From Chthoniobacterales bacterium (lineage in GTDB: Bacteria > Verrucomicrobiota > Verrucomicrobiia > Chthoniobacterales > JACTMZ01), in the NCBI GenBank assembly GCA_014879535.1, contig JACSRX010000052.1:58334-122333 (forward strand): 64,000 bases of DNA. The letters are read 5' to 3'. A program made the translations under genes and the position numbers. Shown one piece after another: positions 8,752 through 18,013 of this stretch; the first letter of the stretch is position 1; every line of letters begins with the position of its first letter. The notes below the pieces were generated by a model, which did not search any database, was not told the DNA's origin, and was given only the letters and a program-made list of their open reading frames with translations.

Positions 8752-8798
8752 CTTGAATGGGGTTCAATAGGTCCCGGGTTCAAATCCCGGCAGCCCGA
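8752..8798 (+). tRNA. tRNA 3' half (Pro-GGG-like): anticodon arm, variable loop, T-arm and acceptor 3' strand. Probable att core, not an intact gene.
   Basis: The T-arm is CCGGG-TTCAAAT-CCCGG (8774-8790). The acceptor 3' strand is CAGCCCG followed by A73 (8791-8798). The variable loop is AGGTC. The 7-nt anticodon loop is ATGGGGT. G72/A73 fits bacterial tRNA-Pro. An upstream CGGGCTT (8729-8735) could pair 6/7 with the acceptor, but no D-arm can be drawn. Confidence 0.5.
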
Positions 8799-8920
8799 TT
8801 CCTAACAATCCCCTTCGGTGTAGCGGGCGTTCCCCGGGCGGCGGCTGCCCGGAGGCAACGATTCCCCTGAACTCCCGATGCTTGTGCTTCCGGTTGCCTC
8901 AATGCTATGAAGCGCGCCTT

Positions 8921-9355
8921 ATGGCAGATTCTCCATCCAAGGGCTCCAAGGTCGTCAAAATCATTTCAACATCTCTTGTGGTCATCGGCATCATTCTCAG
9001 CCTCCTGATCTTCGTCGGCCGCAAGCAAATGATGGGTCAGCGATACGAGGTGACGGCAATCGAATCCGTCAACTATTCCAAGGGCGCCACGGAGGAGGAT
9101 GCCAAAAAACTCGGTGAGGTCCTGATAAGCCAAGGCTACTTCAACGGGAAGGGAGCCAAGAATGTGCTTTTGATGAAGGATGAAAATGGTGTTGTCATCT
9201 CCTTCATCCTGAATACCCGCTGGGACGACCCCAAGGTTGTAGGCGCCCTCAGGAACATGGCTGCCGCCGCCGCGCAAGAGGGGATCGGAAATCCCGTGAC
9301 CCTGAAGTTGCTGGACGACAATCTCAACACGAAGAACGAAATCGTCATCGAGTAG
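8921..9355 (+). CDS. Hypothetical single-pass membrane protein
   Basis: The start is taken at MADSPSKG. There is one TM segment (IISTSLVVIGIILSLLIFV). GC is visibly lower than in the neighbouring core genes. Confidence 0.6.
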   Translation: MADSPSKGSKVVKIISTSLVVIGIILSLLIFVGRKQMMGQRYEVTAIESVNYSKGATEEDAKKLGEVLISQGYFNGKGAKNVLLMKDENGVVISFILNTRWDDPKVVGALRNMAAAAAQEGIGNPVTLKLLDDNLNTKNEIVIE

Positions 9356-9381
9356 ATCCGGCCGGTCGGGTCACCCGCTCT

Positions 9382-10959
9382 TCACTCCTCACCCTCCGTT
9401 TTGCGCAGCCTGTAACGCTGGGTTTTCCCGCTGATGGTTTTCGGCAACCGTTGGACGAATTCGATCTCCCGCGGGTATTTGTAAGGGGCGACAAGCGTCC
9501 TGCAATGCTTCTGCAGCATGTGGCGCATCGCATTGTTGGGCTCATGCCCTTCCTGCAGCACGACAAAGGCCTTGACGATCTGGCCTCGCAGTTCGTCCGG
9601 TTTCCCGACCACCGCGGCATCATGCACCGCGGGATGGGCATGGAGCGCGGTTTCAACCTCGTAGGGCCCGATGCGGTAACCCGAGCTTTTGATCACATCG
9701 TCCTTCCGGCCGATGAACCAAAAATAACCGTCTGCATCACGCACGGCACGGTCGCCCGTCAAATACCAGTCTCCCTGGAATTGTGAGGCTGTCTGTTCCG
9801 GGCTCCTCCAATACTCCCGGAAAAGACCGGTCGGCCGCTCGGGCGCGACGCGGACGGCTATCTCGCCTTCACGCCCGTCCGGCACCGGCTCCAAATCATC
9901 ATCCAACAGCGCAATGCTGCACCCCGGAACCGCGCGCCCGAGCGACCCCGGAATCACCGGATGTCCGAGAGGCCTGCAATGGCCGATGAGGATGACGGTC
10001 TCCGTCTGTCCATATCCCTCATGGATCGAAAGCCCGGTGGCCGCATGCCAAGCAGCGAACACATCCGGGGAGAGCGGCTCGCCGGCCGTGACACATTGCC
10101 TGAGGTGCGGAAAGGTGCGCCCTTTCATCTGACCTCGCACCATCATGCGGAAAGCCGTGGGAGGGGAACAAAGACTGGTGACCGGATAATCGGTCAGGAC
10201 ATCCAGCGTGAGCCCCGGAGAGAACTTGCCCGGGGCATCCCATACGAAAAGGCAGGCGCCGCAATGCCACGGACCGAAGAAACTCGACCATGCCGCCTTG
10301 GCCCATCCGAGGTCGGAGGTGTTCCAATGAACATCGTCCGGCCCGAGGTTGAGCCACATTTTGCCGGTCACCTCATGGCCCAGGCCGTAGCTGGCCTGGG
10401 TATGGAGCACCATCTTGGGATTGCCCGTGGTCGAACTGGTGAAAAACATGATTCCGGGCGCGTCGGCACGCGTGGCGGGAAGGGAAAAACTCCCGGATTC
10501 GGTCTCCATGGCACGGGCCAGACTGGACCATCCGGGCGGCTCGCCGTCGCCGACCAGCCACCCGGCCCCGTCGAATCCGGCAAGCTTGGCTGCACCCTTC
10601 TGATCAGAAACCACGGCGCGGATTCCGCCCGTCCGCAGCCGGTAGTCCAAATCGTGCGCCGTCAGCTGCGTGGTGGATGGGACAGGGACGGCACCGAGAC
10701 GGATCAGGCCGAGCATCACGATCCACCACTCGGGCACGCGCGGCAGCATGATCAGGACCGGCTGACCCCGTCTGATGCCGGCGGCGTGGAACGCCGCCGC
10801 GGCGCGGCAACTCAGCTCGCGCAATCTTGCGAAGGAGAACTTCTTCTCGGTGCCCCGGTCCTCGCCAACCCACCACAAGGCGCAGGCCTCCGGCCGATCC
10901 GCGGCCCATCGATCGAAAACATCGGTCGCAAAATTGAAATATTCCGGCAAGGCGGACAT
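9382..10959 (-). CDS. Acyl-CoA synthetase, AMP-forming (medium-chain / ACSM-like)
   Basis: 525 aa. AMP-binding motifs are present: FFTSSTTGNPKMVLHT, EGYGQTE, YLTGDRAVRDADGYFWFIGRKDDVIKSSGYRIGPYEVE and the terminal GK. Confidence 0.9.
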   Translation of the reverse strand: MSALPEYFNFATDVFDRWAADRPEACALWWVGEDRGTEKKFSFARLRELSCRAAAAFHAAGIRRGQPVLIMLPRVPEWWIVMLGLIRLGAVPVPSTTQLTAHDLDYRLRTGGIRAVVSDQKGAAKLAGFDGAGWLVGDGEPPGWSSLARAMETESGSFSLPATRADAPGIMFFTSSTTGNPKMVLHTQASYGLGHEVTGKMWLNLGPDDVHWNTSDLGWAKAAWSSFFGPWHCGACLFVWDAPGKFSPGLTLDVLTDYPVTSLCSPPTAFRMMVRGQMKGRTFPHLRQCVTAGEPLSPDVFAAWHAATGLSIHEGYGQTETVILIGHCRPLGHPVIPGSLGRAVPGCSIALLDDDLEPVPDGREGEIAVRVAPERPTGLFREYWRSPEQTASQFQGDWYLTGDRAVRDADGYFWFIGRKDDVIKSSGYRIGPYEVETALHAHPAVHDAAVVGKPDELRGQIVKAFVVLQEGHEPNNAMRHMLQKHCRTLVAPYKYPREIEFVQRLPKTISGKTQRYRLRKTEGEE

Positions 10960-11050
10960 TCAAAAGCCCCCGTCGTGTTGCACGATGCTCATCATTGCAC
11001 CGGCCCCGCCAAACGGCAAACACTGCCGCTTGACGCATGGAGGCTTCGAC

Positions 11051-11494
11051 TCAGCGGACGGCGCTGCGGAAATTTTTCCGGAAGGCAACGAACTCCCCGA
11101 ACGTCACGTAACCCGTCCGTTCGGTGTCGGCCTCATCGAACGGCTTCACCATCTGGTTTCGCACGATCGGGCTGGCCTTGGCATCGGCGAGGGTGACCTT
11201 GCCGTGTCCGCTGCGGTCGATTTTCCTGAACGTCTCCTCGGTGCCTCCACCCGCGACATACTCTTCGAGCGTCACGTAGCCGTTGCCGTTCTTGTCGTAG
11301 AGTTCGAAGCTTTCCGTGATGAGAAAGTCTGTGAACTCATCGCGCGACACCTTGCCGTCGCCGGACACGTCCGCCTGCTTGAAGCGTTTGAGCAAGGCCT
11401 CATCGCCCGCGGCGCCATCACGGTGGGCACAGCCGCCGAGACCGGCCAAAGCCATCGCAGCCAGCACGGGAACAAGAAGGAGGTTTCTTCGCAT
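11051..11494 (-). CDS. EF-hand calcium-binding lipoprotein (four EF loops)
   Basis: A signal peptide with lipobox (LAGLGGC) is present. There are four canonical 12-residue loops: DVSGDGKVSRDE, DKNGNGYVTLEE, DRSGHGKVTLAD and DTERTGYVTFGE. Confidence 0.8.
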   Translation of the reverse strand: MRRNLLLVPVLAAMALAGLGGCAHRDGAAGDEALLKRFKQADVSGDGKVSRDEFTDFLITESFELYDKNGNGYVTLEEYVAGGGTEETFRKIDRSGHGKVTLADAKASPIVRNQMVKPFDEADTERTGYVTFGEFVAFRKNFRSAVR

Positions 11495-11561
11495 ATGGAT
11501 GGATGGGAGATGACTCCAGCGCCGCGGACCGCGTCAAGGCATTTCCAAAAGCCGCGGCGGA

Positions 11562-14500
11562 TCAGGCCTCGTTCGGTTCGCAGGCGACTCCGACGGGCTC
11601 GTCGTCCGCCATCCGGAGCGGATCCCTCCTTCCCTCCCTGGCCAGCAGGATGTAGAGGCAAGGAATGATGAAGAGGGTGAAAATCGTGCCGATGGTCATG
11701 CCCCCCACGAGGACGAGCCCGATGGAATTGCGGGCCGCGGCACCGGCACCCGTGACCAGAACCAGTGGGAAGTGGCCGGCCACCGTCGCCGTGGTGGTCA
11801 TGAGAATCGGACGCAGACGCACGCGGGCGGCCTCGCGCACCGCCTCCAGCTTTCGAAGGCCTTCCTGCTGCCGGCGATTCGCAAATTCGACGATGAGGAT
11901 TCCGTTCTTTGCAATCAGGCCGACCAGGGTGACCAGCCCGACCTGCGAATAGATGTTGAGCGTGGTCGTCCACCCGTCGGTCCAGAAGGGGACATCCGGT
12001 GCCGGCATCTTGAGGAAAGTGAAGACGAGTGCGCCGAACATCGCCAGTGGCACCGAGCCGAGCAGGATGATGAACGGATCGCGGAAGCTGTTGAACTGGG
12101 CGGCGAGAACGAGGAAAATCAACACCAGCGCGAGAGCCAACGCGGGGAGGAACTTGCTTCCCTCCGTCCTCAGCTGGCGGGACTCGCCGGTGTAATCAAT
12201 GACATAGCCGGGCGGCATGATCTTGGCCGCCTCGTCCTCGAGGTATCTCAGCGCCTCTTCGAGCGGCCGGATGGCCACGCCGCTGAGCTTGACGGCATTG
12301 AGCTGCTGGAAGCGGTTGAGCGAGCGGGGTTCGGCGGAGGATTTGATCGTCGCCACCGATCCGAGCGGGATCAGCCGTCCCTCGGGACCGGTCACGTAGA
12401 TCTGCTGCAACTGGTCGGGGTTGAGGCGGTTCGCGCGGCGCACTTGCGGGATCACCTTGTAGCTTCGGCCGCCGATGTTGAAACGGTTCACGTAGTTGCC
12501 CCCCACCATGGCGGAGATGTCCTCGCCGACCTGGCGGAGATCGAGACCGAGAGACGCGACCTTGTCCCTGTCGAGGATGAGCTCGCTCTGCGGCTGGTCG
12601 ATTTTGGTGTCGATGATGGGCGGAAACGCAAACATGCCGCTGGCCGCGGCCTTCTCCTGGAGCGCCCCCGCAATTTCAAGGATCTCCTGCGGCTCGGCCG
12701 TCGAGGCGATGACGAACTCGACGGGGAAATTCCCGCCCCCGGGCAGCGCGGGCGGTGTGACGGGAAACATGTTCACCCCGGGAAGCTGCCCCAGTTGTGC
12801 CGCCACCTCCGGGATGATCTGCTTCGGTGTCCGGGTGCGCTCGCCCCACGGCTTGAGGACCATCCCCCCGAAGCCCGATGTCGGCTGGGTCAGCTGGAAC
12901 GTGTAGGCCGACTCCGGAGTGTTGAGGAAAATCCTCGTCGCCTCGTCGGCATACCGCAGGGTTTCCTCGAGCGTGGAATTGGCCGGCGACTCGATGATCC
13001 CGAAGACAACGCCCTGATCCTCATCGGGGGCCAGCTCCCCGGGCGACATCAGGAACATCGGCACGCACAGCGCGGCGATGACAAGCCACACCGCGTAGAC
13101 CGCGGGACGCGAGGCAAGGACCTTGTCGAGCACCCCGCAGTAGACGTCGCGCAGGCGGTTGAACACGCGATTGATGACGCCGGCGAACCCGTGGTCCTCC
13201 ATGCCGGGCTTGAGCAGCTTGGCGCTCATGGCAGGTGAAATCGTCAACGCCACGATGCCCGAGACGAAAACGGCGCCGGCAAGCGTGAAGGCGAACTCCC
13301 GGAACAGCGAGCCGGTGAGGCCGCCCTGGAGGCCGATGGGAAGATAAACCGCGGCGAGGGTCACCGTCATGGAAATGACCGGACCGACCAGTTCGCGCGC
13401 GCCCTTGATCGCGGCATCGAACGGCGAGAGACCCTCCGCAAGGTGTCTTTCCACGTTCTCCACGATGACGATCGCGTCGTCCACCACCAGGCCGACGCAA
13501 AGCACGATGGCGAGAAGCGTGAGAAGGTTCACCGTGAAACCCGCGGCCTGCATCAGGAAAACCGCTCCGAGAATGGACAACGGAATGGCCACGACTGGCA
13601 CCACGACGGCCCGAAGCGAACCGAGGAAGAGGAAGATGACAATGACGACGATGAGAAGGGTCTCCGCCAGCGTCTTGAGCACCTCGCGGATCGCGTCGGT
13701 GATATACACGGTCGAATCGTAGCCGATGCCCGCGTCGAGACCGGTGGGCAGCTCGGCCTTGATCTTCTCGAGTTCCTCGCGCACCGCCGCAATGACATCG
13801 AGGGAATTGGCGTTGGGAAGCACCCACACGCCCATGAAGACCGCCTGCTCCCCGGAGAAACGCACCGCGGAATCGTAGTCCTCGGCACCCAGCACCACGT
13901 CGGCAACGTCCTTGAGCCGCACGACCGCGCCGCCGCTTTCCCGCAGGACCAGTTGCTCGAACTCCTCCACGGTGCGCAGGTCGGTGTTGGCGGTGAGGTT
14001 GACCGTGACCAGGGCGCCCTTGGTCTGCCCGACCGCGGCAAGGTAGTTGTTTCCGGCGAGGGCCTGCCGGATGTGCGCGGGGCTGATGTTGAGGGCCGCC
14101 ATGCGGTCCGGTTTGAGCCAGATGCGCATGGCGAAAGTTCGTCCGCCGAGGATCTCCGCCCGCTGCACGCCGGGCACCGCCGTCAAACGCGGCTGGACCA
14201 CCCTGGCGAGGTAGTCGGTGATCTCGTTCGGCTCGAGGATCGTGGAGACGAACCGCAGATAGGCCGCCGCCCGCTGGGAGTCGGCGCTCTCGATGTTGAT
14301 GATCGGAACCTCCGCCTCGGGCGGAAGATCGCCGCGCACCTGGTCCACCTTCGCGCTGATCTCCGACAGCGCCTTGGTCGGATCGTAGTTGAGTTTGAGC
14401 CGGGCGGTGATCACCGAACGCCCCTGCGAACTCTGCGACTCGATGTAGTCGATGCCGTCGGCCGAGGCCACGGCGCGCTCGATCGGTGTGGTGATGAACC

Positions 14501-14726
14501 CGCGGACCAGTTCGGCATTGGCCCCGATATAGACCGTGCTCACGGTGACCGACGCATTGTCGCTGCGGGGGTATTGGCGGACGGTGAGGCTGAGGATGGC
14601 CTGCACGCCGGCCACGAGGATGAGCAACGCCACGACGACGGCGAGCACGGGGCGCCGGATGAATAGATCGGTGAACGCGCCGGCGCCGTCCCCGCCGCGC
14701 CGCCGGGCCAGATCGCGGAGACTCAT
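11562..14726 (-). CDS. RND efflux transporter permease (HAE1, AcrB/MdtB-like)
   Basis: 1054 aa. It has the typical RND N-terminus (FIRRPVLAVVVALLILVAGV) and the 12-TM, two-large-loop architecture. An ATGA overlap links it to the adaptor gene. Confidence 0.92.
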   Translation of the reverse strand: MSLRDLARRRGGDGAGAFTDLFIRRPVLAVVVALLILVAGVQAILSLTVRQYPRSDNASVTVSTVYIGANAELVRGFITTPIERAVASADGIDYIESQSSQGRSVITARLKLNYDPTKALSEISAKVDQVRGDLPPEAEVPIINIESADSQRAAAYLRFVSTILEPNEITDYLARVVQPRLTAVPGVQRAEILGGRTFAMRIWLKPDRMAALNISPAHIRQALAGNNYLAAVGQTKGALVTVNLTANTDLRTVEEFEQLVLRESGGAVVRLKDVADVVLGAEDYDSAVRFSGEQAVFMGVWVLPNANSLDVIAAVREELEKIKAELPTGLDAGIGYDSTVYITDAIREVLKTLAETLLIVVIVIFLFLGSLRAVVVPVVAIPLSILGAVFLMQAAGFTVNLLTLLAIVLCVGLVVDDAIVIVENVERHLAEGLSPFDAAIKGARELVGPVISMTVTLAAVYLPIGLQGGLTGSLFREFAFTLAGAVFVSGIVALTISPAMSAKLLKPGMEDHGFAGVINRVFNRLRDVYCGVLDKVLASRPAVYAVWLVIAALCVPMFLMSPGELAPDEDQGVVFGIIESPANSTLEETLRYADEATRIFLNTPESAYTFQLTQPTSGFGGMVLKPWGERTRTPKQIIPEVAAQLGQLPGVNMFPVTPPALPGGGNFPVEFVIASTAEPQEILEIAGALQEKAAASGMFAFPPIIDTKIDQPQSELILDRDKVASLGLDLRQVGEDISAMVGGNYVNRFNIGGRSYKVIPQVRRANRLNPDQLQQIYVTGPEGRLIPLGSVATIKSSAEPRSLNRFQQLNAVKLSGVAIRPLEEALRYLEDEAAKIMPPGYVIDYTGESRQLRTEGSKFLPALALALVLIFLVLAAQFNSFRDPFIILLGSVPLAMFGALVFTFLKMPAPDVPFWTDGWTTTLNIYSQVGLVTLVGLIAKNGILIVEFANRRQQEGLRKLEAVREAARVRLRPILMTTTATVAGHFPLVLVTGAGAAARNSIGLVLVGGMTIGTIFTLFIIPCLYILLAREGRRDPLRMADDEPVGVACEPNEA

Positions 14727-15853
14727 GTATCGGCCGGCTTGGGTTGCAACTGCGGCTGCGGGGCGAGATCGTTGTTCACGCTGACGGGTTGCCCGTTGCG
14801 CAGCTTGAATACGCCCGCTGAAACCACGGTCTCACCAGGCTTGAGCCCCTCCGTGACCGCCACGAAATCCCCCTGAGACCGGCCGGTGCGCACGAAGCGC
14901 TGCTCGGCGACCAGCGACTTGGTTCCGTCCTCCCCGGCCTTTTCGACAACGACGAAAACCGAGTCTCCATAAGGCGCGCGGAGCAGCGCGGTGGCGGGGA
15001 TGCGCACCACGTCCTCGGCATCCCCCAGCGACAGAACCACCCGGGCGAACATGCCCGGCCGCAGCGCACCATCATGGTTGTCCAGCGTGGCCTGCAGCCG
15101 GATGTTGCGCGTGACCCGGTCGATCTCCGAGTTGATCGCGGTCAGCTCCCCCTCGAAAATCCGGTCGGGATAGACGTCGGTGATCACCTGAACGCCCTTG
15201 CCGATCCGGAGACCGGCGATGAGCTGCTGCGGCAGGAGGAAGTCCGCGTAGATCGGATCCAACGACTGCAGCGTGACAATCTTGTCCCCGTGGTCCACGA
15301 ACTGCCCGAGGTTCACCTCACGGATTCCCAGACGTCCGCTGAAGGGCGCCACGATCTGCTTCTTGCTGATGTTTGCTCGCAGTTGCTCGACGAGGGCGGT
15401 CATCTTGCGCAGCTGCGATTCGGCCGTGTCGAGATCCGACTGCGGCACCGTGCTGTTGGCGCGGAGCCGCTGGGTGCGCTCGTAAACCGTGCGCGCCAAG
15501 TCCTGCTCGGCCTCCGCCGAACGGAGGTTCGCCTGCTCGGATTCGGTGTCGAGCTCGAGCAGCAGATCGCCCTGCTTCACCTCGGCACCGTTCTCAAAAT
15601 GGATCCTCGAGACCACGCCGGTCGATTCGGTGCTGAGGTCGGCCCCCTGCACGGCCCTCAACGAACCGACCGACTCGACCGACCGCTCCCAGCGGTCGGC
15701 CTCGACCTTCGCGGTGCTGACAGCCGAGGGCGGAGGACCGCCATGGTTGCCGGCGGCGACGAGCGTGCCGATCTGCAGCGCCTTGATGCCGGCGATGGCG
15801 CCGACCAGGACGAGCAGGATCAGGCCCGCAATGAGGAAGGATTTGAGCTTCAT
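14723..15853 (-). CDS. RND efflux periplasmic adaptor (membrane fusion protein)
   Basis: The start is taken at MKLKSFLIAGL, which reads as a signal anchor. Lipoyl/hairpin/beta-barrel motifs typical of the HlyD/AcrA family are present (…VKQGDLLLELD…IVAPFSGRLG…). Confidence 0.88.
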   Translation of the reverse strand: MKLKSFLIAGLILLVLVGAIAGIKALQIGTLVAAGNHGGPPPSAVSTAKVEADRWERSVESVGSLRAVQGADLSTESTGVVSRIHFENGAEVKQGDLLLELDTESEQANLRSAEAEQDLARTVYERTQRLRANSTVPQSDLDTAESQLRKMTALVEQLRANISKKQIVAPFSGRLGIREVNLGQFVDHGDKIVTLQSLDPIYADFLLPQQLIAGLRIGKGVQVITDVYPDRIFEGELTAINSEIDRVTRNIRLQATLDNHDGALRPGMFARVVLSLGDAEDVVRIPATALLRAPYGDSVFVVVEKAGEDGTKSLVAEQRFVRTGRSQGDFVAVTEGLKPGETVVSAGVFKLRNGQPVSVNNDLAPQPQLQPKPADT

Positions 15854-15928
15854 GGCATGAGGCGGCCGAAAATTTAAACGAGTGTTCCACACTACGCGGT
15901 TCCGGGCCGATGTCACGAAGCAAGATGC

Positions 15929-16600
15929 TCATGCCCCCAGATCGGGGCGCCGTCGGCGCGTCCTTTCAAGGGCCTGGTCCCGGCGCCAGGCGTCAATCGC
16001 GGCATGGTTGCCGCCGAGAAGCACATCCGGAACCCTCCAGCCGTTGAAATCCGCAGGGCGGGTGTAGTGCGGGTATTCGAGCAGTCCGTGCGAGAACGAC
16101 TCATCCTCCGCCGACTGCGCGCCACCCAACACACCGGGCAGCAGCCGCACCACCGCGTCGGCGACGACGAGCGCAGCCAGCGTGCCGTTGGTCAGGACGT
16201 AATCGCCGAGCGAAATTTCCTCGTCGACCAGATGGTCGGCCACGCGCTGGTCCACTCCCTCGTAATGCCCGGAGACCAGGATGAGGTGCTTCTCGGCGGA
16301 AAAACGCCGTGCAGCCGCCTGATCGAAGCGCCTGCCTTGGGCGGACATCAGGATCACCCGGCTCCGAGGACGCCGGAGGGCCTGGAGCGCGAGGAAGACC
16401 GGTTCGACCTTCAGCACCATGCCCGCCCCGCCGCCGTAGGGCGGCTCGTCGGTCACGCGGTGCCTGCCGGGAGCCCAGTCTCGCAGATTCCGCATGCGGA
16501 TTTCCGCCAGCCCTTTCTCCCGCGCAATGCGCAGCATGCTTTCGTCGAGAATCCCCTCGCCCATGGCGGGAAAGAGGGTGAGGATTTCAATTTCCACCAT
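15929..16600 (-). CDS. trmD: tRNA (guanine37-N1)-methyltransferase
   Basis: MVEIEILTLFPAM…PYGGGAGMVL…SGHYEGVDQRV…GDYVLTNG are present. The N-terminal 76 codons of the track ORF are low-complexity and were excluded. An alternative start lies at 16621. Confidence 0.9.
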   Translation of the reverse strand: MVEIEILTLFPAMGEGILDESMLRIAREKGLAEIRMRNLRDWAPGRHRVTDEPPYGGGAGMVLKVEPVFLALQALRRPRSRVILMSAQGRRFDQAAARRFSAEKHLILVSGHYEGVDQRVADHLVDEEISLGDYVLTNGTLAALVVADAVVRLLPGVLGGAQSAEDESFSHGLLEYPHYTRPADFNGWRVPDVLLGGNHAAIDAWRRDQALERTRRRRPDLGA

Positions 16601-16643
16601 TTCCTTGCTATCATAGGGCATTTCCGGTGCAACCAACCATCCA

Positions 16644-17270
16644 ATGAACCGCCGCTTCCATCCCCTCCTGCCGATCCTCCTGCTGCTTGCCGCGCTTCTC
16701 CCCCGTCCCGCCTCCATGGCAGGCATGCTCGACGAGCTTGACGCCGAGAAGCTTGCCAAGCTCGAAACAGGGGAGAATGTGCTCGTGACCCGCGAGGTGC
16801 CCGGGGCCGTCTGGCCGGAGGTGCTCATCTACCGCAAGGTCGCGGCCACACCGAAAAAGGTGACCGAGCTTTTCCTCGATTACGAGAATGCTGACACCTT
16901 CATTGCGAACCTCGAATCGGCCAAGGTCGAGAACGAACCCGACCCGAACACCAAGGATGTCCGCTACACGGTGCGTCTCCCGGTGCTGTTCACGATCAGT
17001 TACCTCGTGCGCAACCGCTACGAGAAGACCCGCGGCGGCTACACCGTGCACTGGAACCTGCTGCATTCCGTCTTCGCCAAATCGGCAGTCGGCGCCCTGC
17101 GTGTCGAACCCCACGGTGAAATCGCGGTGATCTGCTACGCCAACCATGTCGAGCCCGCCACCAAGCTGGTCGCGGGACTCCGCGGACTCGCCCTGAAGGA
17201 AGCCTCCAAGACCGTGGACGCCATCGTCGCCGAGGCGGAACGCAGGCACAAGGCGGACGGCGGGCAGTGA
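16644..17270 (+). CDS. Secreted hypothetical protein (SRPBCC/START-like fold suspected)
   Basis: 208 aa with a signal peptide (LLPILLLLAALLPRPASMA). No diagnostic motif was seen, so the fold guess is weak. Confidence 0.6.
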   Translation: MNRRFHPLLPILLLLAALLPRPASMAGMLDELDAEKLAKLETGENVLVTREVPGAVWPEVLIYRKVAATPKKVTELFLDYENADTFIANLESAKVENEPDPNTKDVRYTVRLPVLFTISYLVRNRYEKTRGGYTVHWNLLHSVFAKSAVGALRVEPHGEIAVICYANHVEPATKLVAGLRGLALKEASKTVDAIVAEAERRHKADGGQ

Positions 17271-17306
17271 CCGGCGTCACCCGTCCCGGATCGTTCGCTG
17301 GGCACC

Positions 17307-17966
17307 ATGACTTCCCCTTGTGAGTGCCGGCACTGCGGTTCGCTGATCGACCCGGTCGACACCAGCGGTTCAACAGATGTCGCCCGGTGCCGCCGGTGCG
17401 GCCGGACAATGCCGCTCTCAGCGCTTGCATCGCCGCCGGATGGAGCGACGGACCTTTCGTCTCCTCCGCGGGGGGTGAGGGTCGGACGCAGCCTGATCGA
17501 CGGCATCGACATCACATACCGCAGGTTCCACGCCGTGGTCCTTTTTCTCATCCCGTTCACCGCGGTGTGGTCGGGGATGTCGCTGTGGACCATCTACTGG
17601 CGGCAGGTGGCCGATGGAAAATTCAATCTGGCGGCGAGTCTGTTCGGGCTGCCGTTTCTTTTCGGCACCATCATCCTGCTTTCGTTCATCGCGTTCCATC
17701 TGTTCGGCTCAACACGCATACGCATCGGCCGCGGGACATGCGAGGTGTCCATCGGCATCGGCCCACTCGGCCGGCATCGCAGCATCAAGATCACCCCCGC
17801 ATCGCGGGTGCGCATGGAAACCGGCAATGTCACCGTGAACCGCGTGCGGCAGAAGCACATCGTGATCACCACCGGCGAGGAAACCTTGAAGTTCGGGACT
17901 TTTCTCGCACCCGAAGCGCGCGATTTCATCGCGGCCGTGCTGCACAGGGCCGTCGCCGCCCAATGA
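17307..17966 (+). CDS. Zinc-ribbon membrane protein, hypothetical
   Basis: CECRHCG…CRRCG forms an N-terminal zinc ribbon. Two TM segments follow, then a C-terminal beta-rich domain. Confidence 0.6.
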   Translation: MTSPCECRHCGSLIDPVDTSGSTDVARCRRCGRTMPLSALASPPDGATDLSSPPRGVRVGRSLIDGIDITYRRFHAVVLFLIPFTAVWSGMSLWTIYWRQVADGKFNLAASLFGLPFLFGTIILLSFIAFHLFGSTRIRIGRGTCEVSIGIGPLGRHRSIKITPASRVRMETGNVTVNRVRQKHIVITTGEETLKFGTFLAPEARDFIAAVLHRAVAAQ

Positions 17967-18013
17967 CCGACGGGGTTTGACGCACCCTCCCGCGCCAGCC
18001 ACTCTCTCGCGCG

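Larger units (their letters stand above)
1..8798 (-). mobile_element. Integrated phage-like / satellite-like element. Only the integrase-proximal part is in the window and the left end lies outside it.
   Basis: A tyrosine integrase sits at the right end. Other genes include an excisionase-like HTH, an ERCC4 nuclease, a Nu1-like small-terminase candidate and a tape-measure-like coiled-coil protein. There are 15 co-directional minus-strand ORFs, many joined by 4-nt ATGA/GTGA overlaps. A 47-nt tRNA 3' half lies about 110 nt beyond the integrase start codon. Confidence 0.7.

Noticed and set aside
8729-8798. Intact 70-nt tRNA-Pro gene
   Set aside because: The acceptor pairs only 6/7. The 13 nt available between positions 9 and 26 cannot form a D-arm. 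The anticodon stem has only 4 pairs. I interpret it as a tRNA 3' half preceded by element DNA.
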